DNA of 64,000 bases, taken from NCBI GenBank assembly GCA_039096225.1, contig JBBPEB010000019.1:248001-312000 (forward strand), in the 5' to 3' direction. The translations under genes were made by a program, and so were the position numbers. Below, piece by piece: positions 43,685 to 56,178 of this stretch (within the stretch, counting starts at the first letter, position 1; every line of letters starts with the position of its first letter). The stretch comes from Blastocystis sp. Blastoise (taxonomy: Eukaryota > Protista > Bigyra: Opalinata). Below the pieces are notes generated by a model. The model was not told the origin of the DNA, did not search any database, and saw only the letters and a list, made by a program, of their open reading frames with translations.

Positions 43685-45073
43685 ATGTCCTGGGGTATAT
43701 AAAAACAATCATCACATTGTTTATTTTATGTTTGTATATATAGAAGATACTGTCGACGAGTATAATTTGTGTGTTTATTATTTTTTATTATGTCATATAG
43801 CGTTACTGAAGATTGGGAAGCTGCTCTTGGTGACGATGTTCCTGAAAGTTGGGAAACTGAAGAACAATCTCTTTTTGAGCAACCTGCAATTGTTGATGAT
43901 CGTGTTGTTGTATGTAAATTAGTAATACATAAATATTTCTTTGATTTCTATTATATCCATTTTAACATGAATTTTTTATTATAATATTGTTTTTCATCAT
44001 TTATATGGTACATAAATATATTCCTTTTTTAAATAGTGTCCTGGTTGTAAAGGTGAAGGAAAGGTTCATCCTGAAACTGCTAAAAGAATTGAAGAAGGTA
44101 TGAAACCTCAACCTAAAAAAGAAGCTCCTAAAACTGGTAGATTTGCTAAATCTAATATCCGTGATGACAGAGATAGACAAGTTGCTGATCTTGTTGCTGA
44201 TATTCCTTTAGATGATCCAGTTGCTGAGAAATTACGTTTACAGAAAATAGTTGAAGATTCAGATAAGAAGATTGTTGATGAAATGTTTGGTGGAGAAGCT
44301 ACTGAAGGTATAGTTGATATTATTATTATGTTTATTATTATTATTATTTATTTATTATTATTTATTTATTATTATGTTTATTATTATTATGTTTATTATT
44401 ATTATTTATTTATTATTATGTTTATTATTATTATTATTCTTACTTTATGAAAAGTATATATATAATCAATATATATATATATAGATTTCTTAAGTGAGAA
44501 TGAAAAAGCTGTAAAACAAATGACTTTTAATTCCATTAATGATTATAATCGTATTGCTACACTTCTTGGAAAGAGAGCAAATGAAGCCAATAATGTTGTT
44601 GGAACTGTAGAACTCTTATCTGTTCTTATTCGTACTGTATATATATTTAATAATTTGTATTATTATCTTTTTTTTATTATTATTAGTGTTATTATCTTTT
44701 TTTATTATCATTTTATCAATTTTATATATATATATATTATTATTTTTTATTATTATTAATATTATTATGACCATTATAAATACTAAAATAATAATATATA
44801 CATAGGTAAAAGATAGTTTATCTTCAGATGATTTTGTCAAGTTGTCTTCACAATGTGGTGTTTATAAAGAAGAACGAAAGAAGGCAGAAGTCATTGTTCC
44901 TACTAAAAAGAGTATTTATTTCAAATATATATTTATATATTATTTTATAATGAACATCTTTTATAGGTAAGAAGAAGAAGGGTGTTGCTGCTAAAATTAA
45001 TGTAGATACTTGGGAAGATGAAGTAGGTGAATATCATGGTAATAATGATATGTATGCTGATGATTTTATGTAA
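43685..45073 (+). CDS. eIF3j: Translation initiation factor eIF3 subunit J (Hcr1)
   Basis: Acidic W-containing N-terminus (EDWE, VPESWE), DPVAEKLRLQKIVEDSD..MFG, and C-terminal DDFM*. Begins with 10-nt and 16-nt micro-exons. Confidence 0.92.
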
Positions 45074-45455
45074 ACATCTCTTTTTTATGTCTTTGTCAAT
45101 CAATTTTTTTTAATAAAAATTCAGTTTAGTTTTAATTTTTTTTTATATTATTATTATTTATTGATTTCACAAGAATTACAATCTAATTATAAAACAAAAC
45201 GAAACAAAGGATTCATAAAATTCTAATGAATATACAAAATTTTTTTTTTGCTTTGTAATATACCCGAAAATGTAATTAACACATAAAATGAAAATGCATA
45301 TTCCAGAATAATATACACATAAAAAAACGAACGAATAGACAAAAAAGAAAAAATAAACACACGAAACACATAAACATATAGCGAATCAGATAACGATTAT
45401 TATATATATAGATGAAGTTACTAACAACTATTATTCTTTAGAATCAATAATTAAT

Positions 45456-46633
45456 TTAGTTATCTTCTTTCTTTTCCTTCTTCTCCTTCTTTTCTTTCTT
45501 TTCTTTCTTCTCCTTCTTTTCTTTCTTTTCCTTTTTCTCCTTCTTTTCTTTCTTTTCCTTCTTTTCTTCAGTTTCAGCGGGTTTTTCTTCAGTTTCAGCA
45601 GGCTTTACTTCAGCTTCAGCAGGCTTTTCTTCAGCTTCAACGGGCTTTTCTTCAGTTTCAACGGGCTTAGCTTCAGCTTCAACAGGTTCATCATCGAAAG
45701 TAATCTTCTTGTTTTCCTTAGGAGCTTCATCAAAACGGATCTTCTTATTTTGAGTATTATCATTGAAAGAACGCTTGTTACCACCAAAAGAACGGCCATT
45801 GTTACCTTGACCTTGTTGTTCCTTAGGGACAAATTGACGAACGTGAATTTGACGACCATCTAATTCATATATTATAGAATAAAATAGTTAATGATTATAA
45901 TTTTAAAATAATATAGAAATATATATATATATATATATGAAAAAAAAATAAATTAAAATATAATAAATAAAAATAATCTAATTCATATCCTTCCATTTCA
46001 CCAATAGCCTTGTTCATTTCATCTTCAGTAGAGAATCTGACAATACCGCAACCACGGCTCTTACCAGTAGCACGATCCATTAAAACGGCACAATCTTCGA
46101 GTTTACCGAACTTTTCGAAAGCAGCTTGAAGACCTTCAGTGGTAGTACCCCAAGATAAACCATTAACAATAACCTTATTGGTATCATTAAAGACTTTACG
46201 AGGTCTTTCTTCTCCGCCAAAACCATTACCACGAGGAGCTCTTTCTTTCTTTTGAGAGATTTCAACCTTAATAGTACGACCACCAAGATCCTATATGATA
46301 TATTCATTAGATATAAATTATATAAATCATTATATATAATAATTAAAGAACAAGCAAAACAAATGACACACGAAATTTTTAAAAAACATACAGAACCGTT
46401 GTATTCAAGAGCCTTCTTAACACCTTCTTCAGAGGAGAAAGAAACGAAACCAAAACCACGAGGTTTACCAGTGTTCTTATCAGAACAAACGGCAGCTTCA
46501 GTGATTTCACCACAATCTTGGAAGGCTTCATAGAGACCATTATCATCCATAGCAAAAGGTAAACCTAAGCAGAATAAACAACTAGCAAAGACTCATAACA
46601 CATACCTAAGACGATTACTTTATTTTCAGACAT
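45456..46633 (-). CDS. Two-RRM nucleolar-type RNA-binding protein (nucleolin/Nsr1-like) with KKE-repeat tail
   Basis: RNP1 motifs RGFGFVSF and RGCGIVRF; KKIRFD and KKITFD motifs; EEKP(A/V)E repeats followed by about 11 KKE units. Confidence 0.85.
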
Positions 46634-47149
46634 GTTTTTTTTCGGGTATAAAAAGAATAATTAAATATTTAATTAAAAATATATAAAAAAAAGACTCACC
46701 TATAAAAAAGATCAAACTATACCACTCATTCTTGTTACCAGTCATTCTTACTATTTGATGATAAATATAGCTGTTTCATAGGTTGGTCGCTTATATGAGA
46801 AACAATACTAATATATAAAAGTATATAATACTCATGACTATTAGCAACAGAAAAAAGAATCACTTTTCTTGTATACATGGTTAATCTCCAAGATCTTAGT
46901 GAAATTCGACAAAAAACCAACAAAATGTTTGTTAAGTGACTTTTCGGATGTAAGTATCTAAACATTTTTTTAATTCTATGTTCCCCTGATTATTTGCGAC
47001 AAATGACGATTACATCTTTAATTTTGGGGTAAATAGTATTTTCATAGTTATTTTACAAATTGTAGCTATTATTCTTCAAATAACCAGGAATATCGAGTTA
47101 TATGGGATACTTGTATTCAATTTGTGCCTAAAAGGTATTTAAAGCCAAG

Positions 47150-48343
47150 ATGAACTACGAATTAGATGAATTAGAGTTAAATATATTCTTAGAGGAATAT
47201 ATAGAAAAATTTGGAATTCAAACAAAGTCCATTCAAAAAGATTTTGCGTTGATTCGTAAGCTTGATGAGGTATATTCCTTTTATGTTTTACAATAAAAGA
47301 TCATTTAATATGTTTTTTGAATCCTTAAAAGTTGATATCTATACTTTTTTTCTTCATATGACACTTTTTTTATTATATTATACTAGATAAGTCTTATTAT
47401 GGTATGTATATAGAAAGTGAATACTGTACAATCTGAATTAGAAGATCTTCAAAGAGAATTAATGCAAGATGCCGACCGTCAAATTGCTTCTGTATATAAT
47501 TAATAATGTTTTCATAATATATTTTTATTTATTTATTTATTTATTTATTATTTATTATATTTTTATTTATTTATTATATTTTTATTTATTTATTACTTTT
47601 ATTATATTTTTATTTATTATATTTATATATTTAATAATTTATTTATGTATAGAAGTTAGTAGGAGAAAATGTTCACGATACTTTGCTTCATGATCCTCGC
47701 TATCAATTATATAAAACTAAATATGATGAATTAATTTCATTATCAGAAGAAAAAGTATATATATATACTGTTTATTTGATATATATATATATATTTTCTC
47801 AAATAAATGAGATGCAATTTATGATAAATAATAATATATTATTCTCATACAATACTACTATATTTATAGTATCAAGTTTCTTTAAGATTATCACAAGTGG
47901 TTGAAAACGCATATAGTACAATACAGAAAAAAATACAAGAAGCAAGTCCTAAATATGATCAAATACGAAATGCACGTAAAGATTATAAGATGAATATGAA
48001 TGCAAGAAGAAGAATTCGACGTGCTGATGGATTAGAAGGAAATGGTGGCACTGGTGATGATATTACAGAATACTGTATTTGCCATCAAGTATGTTACTTT
48101 TTTTTATATTTTTTTTTTCAACTTTTTTTTATTACAATTACTTTAATGAATATTTTATTCTTTAAATTAATATATTTAATTATTTCTTTACATCTCTAGC
48201 CATCTTATGGTGATATGATTCAATGTGATAATCCAAAATGTTTGTATAAATGGTTTCATTTCTCTTGTGTTGGACTCACCGAATCTCCTGAAGGCACTTG
48301 GTACTGTCCTCAGTGCAGAGAAGAAATGTTATATACATCCTAA
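47150..48343 (+). CDS. ING (inhibitor of growth) family PHD-finger protein
   Basis: N-terminal [18 protein letters not shown] coiled region and C-terminal [40 protein letters not shown]; 5 exons. Confidence 0.95.
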
Positions 48344-48347
48344 ATTT

Positions 48348-48355
48348 TGTTTGTT
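48348..48355 (+). promoter_or_regulatory. TGTTTGTT putative 3'-processing signal 4 nt after the ING stop codon
   Basis: TAA ATTT TGTTTGTT matches the Blastocystis polyadenylation-associated motif, which lies about 5 nt downstream of the cleavage site. Confidence 0.55.
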
Positions 48356-48791
48356 GTGATTTTATTATTGTATTACTAGTTTTTTGTATATCTCATGCAT
48401 TCTTATTCGCTTTATTTTCCATTTCTCTTTTTTTCTTCGTTTCTTGATGTATTCATATAGAAATCATATTCTTGTTTTGCTTTTAAAATTCATGTAATTT
48501 ATCATAAGAAGCTACATCTATAAAATATTTATTTAAAAATTCATAAAAATACATAATTATATAAAAGCTATAATTATTCACATAAAAAGAAATTTTCTAT
48601 TATAAATTATTATTTGTCTGTTGATAACCAACCCGATATTATTTATTCAACATAAAATAATTTTTGTACACACTTACAATATATATCAATATCCATATAT
48701 TATTCTCAACACATATAACCAAGATATGAATATAAATTAACAAAACAATTTATATACATATAATATTTTATACTATAGAAAAACAATTTAA

Positions 48792-49707
48792 CTACTTTTG
48801 GGTTTCTTTAATATTACTTTCAATCTCTAATTGCTTTTTAGCAAAAAATTCTTGTTGCTTCTATAGAAATGTAAACAATGAATTAGAAAATATATGCTAA
48901 ATGATTATATAAACTATATAACAAAGAAGAAATACAGTTGTATATAACATATTAAAAAAAATCAAATTAATATACTAATATATATATACGGTAAGAATGC
49001 TAATTTGGTCTTTACATTTACAACTATTGATTTCAATAGCATTTTGAATATCTGTCTTAGGCATTTGCATAAAACATTTTCCATACATATAATAGGATTT
49101 CTGATTATCGTTTACACCTTCAAGATATTTTGACATCACTTCATAACTTTTTTTCTCAGATTGATTTACAGCCAAAGAATTAGATACTTGTGTATAACTA
49201 CGTATAGTTTGTCTTAAATCTTCTTGTAATTTAAGAACCTATAAAATATGAAATATAGAATCATAAAGAATGATTATTCAGAAACTATTATTTCTTTTTT
49301 AAAAACAACAATAACTAATATATCAAAAAAAGAAATGTTGAAATTCAAAAAGTAGAAACAACCAACATAATGTAGAAAAAACTTTAATATAAAATTAATA
49401 TACTTCTTCGGTCATTTTAAGGGGAACATTACTTTGTTCAGTCTTTGATGGTTCTGGTTTAGATACAGGTTGCTAAATATAGACAATAATAGTATACATA
49501 AACTTAAATAATAAGTCAAAAAAAAAAGTAAAGAAATGAATATACTACAGGTTTGCAAGCTTGCTTATGTCCATTCTTCCAATGAGCAACTTGACATTCC
49601 TTAGAACAGTATATAGCCTTTTTACATCTGGAACAAGTTTTAAATGATCCTTTCACTTCTTCTACTTTTTTGCATTCAGGATTTGAACAAGCTCTTGGTT
49701 CAGACAT
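48792..49707 (-). CDS. zf-MYND domain fused to prefoldin beta-type (subunit 1-like) domain
   Basis: Exons 49707-49546, 49472-49404, 49238-48990 and 48860-48792, all phase 0 with [41 protein letters not shown]; prefoldin coiled coil with hairpin [11 protein letters not shown]. Confidence 0.75.
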
Positions 49708-50140
49708 TTCTTTCTTAATAATTCTTATTAAAGAAAAATGACAGAGAATAATATATTAAAGTTTATTCTTTTTATTTGCCATGATTATTTTCATAAATTA
49801 TAGATACTTTTATTCATAATCAAGAAAATATTTCTTTGTAATTATTTCTTTATTTAAATGGTCAATATCAGTATTTGATAAGAATCATCTATTTTATTTT
49901 TATGTGTACAACAATATTAGATTCTTGGTAGTAGAATCAAAAGATATTATAAACGTATTGAGAATATGTTTATGTTAACAATGAATAAATATCAATATAA
50001 AATATTTAGATTTATCATAGATATTCTTTAAACTTTAATAGAACTGAAATAACATAATAGTAAAGAAAAATAAGAATAAAAAAAAAAAAGAAATTGATTT
50101 TTGAAAACATGTAAAAATTAGAACATTAAATAAAAGAAGT

Positions 50141-50674
50141 TTAGTGTTTGGTAATAGCGTTCACAAGGGAATCAGGTAAACTCTTTGTTTTTTGATAGTC
50201 TCTCATTCTTTGAATAGGAATAGTTCCTAAATCTTGAACACGAGTACCATTGACTTTATTATTATAAACCTTAGGTTTATATTGTTCTAAAGAGGATGAA
50301 TGGTTCTGAATCATTTCCATCACATTTCTTAAGTTATCAGCACTATTCATTTTCATAAATGGACAAGTAGCACAACCTCCTATATATATATATATAGATA
50401 ATATAGAGATAAATATAATGAAAATAAAAATAAAAATATAAATCTAATAATAAACTTATTATATATAAGATAATATAGAGATAAATATAATGAAAAAAAA
50501 ATAAAAATAAAAATATAAATCTAATAATAAACTTAATATATATAAGATAATATAGAGATAAATATAATGAAAATAAAAATAAAAATATAAATCTAATAAT
50601 AAACTTATTATATATATATAATACCATGAATTGAACAACCTTCAGCACGTGCTCCAGGAATAATGGGAGTATTT

Positions 50675-50740
<66 letters not shown>

Positions 50741-51717
50741 TTGATTTATAAATAATTAATTAATGAAATGAAATGTATAAAATATTACATTATATAAACT
50801 ACATATATACTTTGTTTGAACAATAGCGTCATTTCCCACGGGGAATATGATATTGACACTCTTAGTAGCAATAGTCCCATGACTTTCTTGAATCATCTTT
50901 TGAACCGTACTGATAATACTACATACCATACCAGCTTCTGTTCCTAATATGATATCCAAACTATATATATATATATATATATAGGAATATGGATATGGAA
51001 TAAGGTAGAGTATTATAGCTAGAATAGAGAACAACAAAATATATGTATTACACATAAAAAAATAATAGAAATTATAGAATAATATATATATATATCAAAT
51101 TTTCTTTCTTTTCTGTAGTAATAAGTTGTTTAATATATTTTAAGATATCTGCAGTAGATCCAACACAACCGCGGTTATATTGGTTTTTATAGTCAAGAGT
51201 TAATTTGAACATTTCGGTAGGAACCTCAAGGTGAGAAGTCAGATAAGCATCAGAATAATTAGGAAAGGATAATAATAATAATTATTATTATTATATATTG
51301 TTAATAATTTAATTATATAAAAAAAAACTTTTATAAATAATAAATAAATAAATATAATAAATAATAAATAAATAATATAATAAATAATAATAAACAATAA
51401 ATAATAAATAAATAATAAACAATAATAAACAATAAATAACAAAACAAAATAGAATTACTTATTTTTGATAATATTGGCCACATTTTGTCCGAATATATGA
51501 TGAACAGCACAATATCCTTGTGTATAACTATGGAAATTCTTTTCTGCTTTCTCTAAAATATCTCTAGTAAGCTTGGGATTGATAGCTAGTAATTGTTCCT
51601 TTGAGAGATCTTGATAATCATGAAGAATAGTCTTTAAGTTATTACCCATATAACTATCAGGACCATAGAAGATTTGAAGGTCAGGTACTTGGGTTATAGA
51701 CTATATATATAGAAAGA

Positions 51718-51781
<64 letters not shown>

Positions 51782-51854
51782 ATATATAAATAAATAATAT
51801 ATATAAATAAATAATATATATAAATAAATAATATATATAAATAAATAATATATA

Positions 51855-51921
<67 letters not shown>

Positions 51922-52424
51922 ATATAATAAATATAATAAAAATTAAGAGAGAAACATATAACTAGAATAATAATCTAGTCTAGCATATAGAATATAATGT
52001 AGATATATATAACTAGATGTATATAGAGTATACCTGCATAAGTAATTGAACGACGTTACCTGAAGTGCACGTGATAGTAGGAACAATAGATTCTGAAAGA
52101 GCCTATAAAGATAAGTATATAATATATATAGGATTAACAAAAAAAGTTATTATTAAACAAAAAACTAATTCATAATAGTACAATAAACAAATAAATAAAT
52201 AAATAAATATATACTTTGACTTGAAGTGAAGTATTAATATAAATCATATGAAGAGCTTTCTTATGTTCAGCTTGTTTCAGATAGGCTAAATATCCCTGAT
52301 TCTCGGCCGCTTCTGCTAAAGTGCATCCGATTGGACGAGTGTTTGTACGATATACAGGAATAGAATTAAATCCTATATATATATATCTTAATATAATATT
52401 AATAATAAGAGATGGGAGGCTATC

Positions 52425-52466
<42 letters not shown>

Positions 52467-53002
52467 TATGTATATATATATACCATCAGCATCTAATTGA
52501 GCACGACAATTCTCACTCATAAAATCTACACCCATACATATTATATTCTTACATCCATCTTTTACCTATTATTAAATATATATAATGATAGTAAACACAT
52601 AAAATAAATAAAAATAAATATAAAGAAAATAAAAATAAAATAAAATAAATAAAAATTATTCTATACCATATTACAGGCTTTTTGACCCATAACTAAAGAA
52701 TCGGCAATAGCGATATGCTTGGACTTTAATTTAGATAATAAACCTTGAATTTCAGCATCCATATAAAAGTGAGCAACAATACCAATCTTTTCAGATTCCA
52801 TAAAGTGATCTAATTCATTAACTAACTTCATATCAACGTTCAAGAATTGAGCCTGAGTCTCAGCAAACTGTCCATTAGCTTCAACTTTATCAGCATAAAT
52901 CTTTAAAGAAGGGAAAGCACCTGTGGCTATGGAACGAGAAGAAGATTTGAATGCTCTTAATGTAGCTACACGAGCACAACTTGAAAAGATTCTACTTTGC
53001 AT
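50141..53002 (-). CDS. nadA: Quinolinate synthase ([4Fe-4S], plant/stramenopile type) with N-terminal mitochondrial-type presequence
   Basis: IVAHFYMD, IADSLVM, GVDFMSEN, IGCTLAEAA, YINTSL, CTSGN, GYCAVHHIF, HLEVP, VGSTADI, GTEAGMV and CATCPFMKMNS. All three cluster-ligating Cys motifs are present. Confidence 0.93.
51717..51925. repeat. (TAAA)n / TA-rich microsatellite in a nadA intron
   Basis: Tandem TAAA and TAAATAAATAATATATA units. Confidence 0.9.
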
Positions 53003-53697
53003 TTTATATAGAAAAACTTCAAAAACAAAGCCTAAAAGCCTAAATCTAAAGACTTATTCACTATTGAATAAAGAAAGGTGTTCTTTGGTCAATTCGAGTT
53101 CCCCGTTATTTTTCCACACACAAAAAGAGAAAATATTTTTTCCCCATGATTTATGTTTCCAACATTAGATTTCTTTTGTTTTTCATTCATTTATTACTTA
53201 ATTTAACTATATACTTGCTGTATTGAATGAAACAGTTAGTTTAATGTGATATTTACTTTTTGTATTCTTTATTTATAATAAAATTATTATTTTTAAAAGT
53301 ATTTCTTTTCAATTATTTAAATTGGAGCATAACAATATAGAAAGAAGACATATGGGAGTCATTTTAAAATAAATATTTATATTAAGAAAAAAAAACAAAT
53401 TGATTTCTTTGTGCTTTTGGAAACAAAATAAACGAAACAAGATGAAAAATGAAACAAATGTACACTCGATATAAGCTCATTCAAAATGAAAGAAAAAAAG
53501 AAAAGAATTATAGATCAAAAGCAAGAAAGAAACTTTTATATTGTGCATTCATAAAGAAAGTTTTTTGTTTATATATATATAAATATAATATATTTAAGAA
53601 TAGATATTTATAACGAGGATTTAAACTACATATTTATACAATTAGAAAAAAAGTAATGTGACTAAATAAAAAATAATTCAAGGAATATTTGTATTCA

Positions 53698-54479
53698 TTA
53701 AGAAATGCCACCTCCTTCAGTCCCACGGGGAGCACGTAATAATTCAGGAAGATACTTTAATTGCAACAAATTAAACATATATCTTGCCTATATATATATA
53801 TAAGAATAAAGTGATAAAAATATCAATATATATATATAAGAATAAAGTGATAAAAATATCAATATATATATATAAGAATAAAGTGATAAAAATATCAATA
53901 TATATATATAAGAATAAATTGATAAAAATATCAATATCTATATATATGTAAGAATAAAGTGATAAAAATATCAATATATATATATATAAGAATAAATTGA
54001 TAAAAATATCAATATCTATATATATATATATAAAGAATAAAGAGACTAAAAGAAGAATAATATCATACTTTCCCCGTGTTTTTCCTTGTGTTTTCTAGTC
54101 TTACTCCAAAGGCGCGGAATTGTTCTCGAAGTCGATTTTGAATATAAGGGAAAATAGTGGGTGAAGACCCTTGTAATTCTATAGTAGGGAAAGGAGTCAT
54201 ATCTCCCCCGCGGGAATAGTAATTATTGTTAGGAAGAGGTAAAGAAGTAGAAATAGTATTTGAATTTGCGTTCCCGTGGTTATTAGAGGACAGATGTGTT
54301 GGTGAATAAAGATGAATTGATTGTTTTAATGTAATTAACATACCTGTTCTATCTTTACCGGATTTACACATAGTAATTGTTGATCCATAGATCTGATTCA
54401 TTATATCTTCAGTATCTATAAAGACTTTTGGCTGTTCATTATAACTGGAAGATGTTATATACATCTTAAGAAGCTAAAG

Positions 54480-54515
<36 letters not shown>

Positions 54516-55775
54516 GATGACATTATAATTTTATACGTTATATATATTTAAGAAATCATTAGGTAGTTTAGGAATAGTATTCTTTTCGAGTTCTTTTGGT
54601 TCTATAGTAGGTTCATATATAGATGTATAAATATAATGACCATTTTCTATTCCTACATCCTCTTCTACATGGTATTCTTCATGATTTCTCGTTCTAAGTA
54701 AATATTGCATAATAAATAAGATATTTTGAATATTCATGGCTTGTGTTGAATGTGACTTTCGCTTTATATCCGCAATTCTCTGATTCACATCTACACCCTA
54801 TACAATAAATATAAGTAGAATATGTATAATAAGTATAATAAGTAGAATAAGTATAATATGTATAATAAGTATAATAATTATAATATATATAATAATTATA
54901 ATAAGTAGAATATATAATAATATATGTACAAGAGAGATTGTGAATGGACAAAGTGTAATCACTCTATCAGCATATTGCGCGGGAATAGGATTGGCGGGAG
55001 CCATAAGTGGAAGAGTTATATATAAATATTTATTCTCTATACACATATCTACAGTGTCTCCAGTTTGATGAGGTATACAAAAGTTATCACCTTGAATATA
55101 ATGGAATCGTAGACGGACCATTTTGAGCATATATACAGATATATATAGATCTTCAATCATTCCTTCCTCTTTTCCTGAATAGGACAATAACGACTGATAT
55201 AAAATCTATATAGATAGTAATATATATAGTAATATATATATAGTAATATATATAAATATATAAATATATATATACAGGATATCCATAGAGATAGTAATAA
55301 CTTAATAGTGATGAAAAAGAGGGCTGGGATATATAATAATTCATATGTTGAGTGAAAGAGGATATAAATATGGAGAGTGCTTGAGAGAAACAAATATCCA
55401 GTCTGTTGTCTATATATATATTACTTTTATATATCTCTTCACGGCCCTCAACATCTTCCATCTCATGATTCTATAGAATAATAATAATAATAATAATAAT
55501 AATATATATTATAAATAGATTAATACTAATATATATATATACATGAATAGCGTTTTCAATCTTTCTTTTATAGGCTACATCTGTATATATACCTCCATTA
55601 ATATATCCATAAACATAGGATGTAGGGGAGCCCGCGCTTGGGAAGAAATGGAGGGAACAAGGAGACATACTACATAATTGTTCCAGAGACATGAGAGGAT
55701 CTCGTTTATATATATACATATATCCCTCATGTAGATTTGTAGGGAGAAATGAACACTCGGGTTTTGCCTTATAGA

Positions 55776-55827
<52 letters not shown>

Positions 55828-55971
55828 GCATGATAATATCAAGTATATTAATTATTATCTTACGAAGGTTTGAATGTAAAATTATTGATCTGATTGGTTG
55901 CTATTGTAGTATGGCACGTGTCAATAATGGAACAATGAAGTGAAATATCATGATACACACGCTATAAATAA

Positions 55972-56002
<31 letters not shown>

Positions 56003-56005
56003 AAG

Positions 56006-56054
<49 letters not shown>

Positions 56055-56140
56055 TACCTTGAGTTCTTTGTATATAGAATGTAAATATACATCAAGAGAT
56101 AGAATACCTTCTGCAGAAGTACATTTATATAATCCCAAAT

Positions 56141-56178
<38 letters not shown>

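Noticed and set aside
46735-46965. 76-aa ORF between the RRM and ING genes
   Set aside because: It has no recognisable motif and lies in a roughly 500-bp divergent promoter region; there is no supporting evidence.
53790-54030. About 36-bp repeats resembling a CRISPR array
   Set aside because: They are head-to-tail tandem copies with no unique spacers, inside a spliceosomal intron, with no cas genes. This is a minisatellite.
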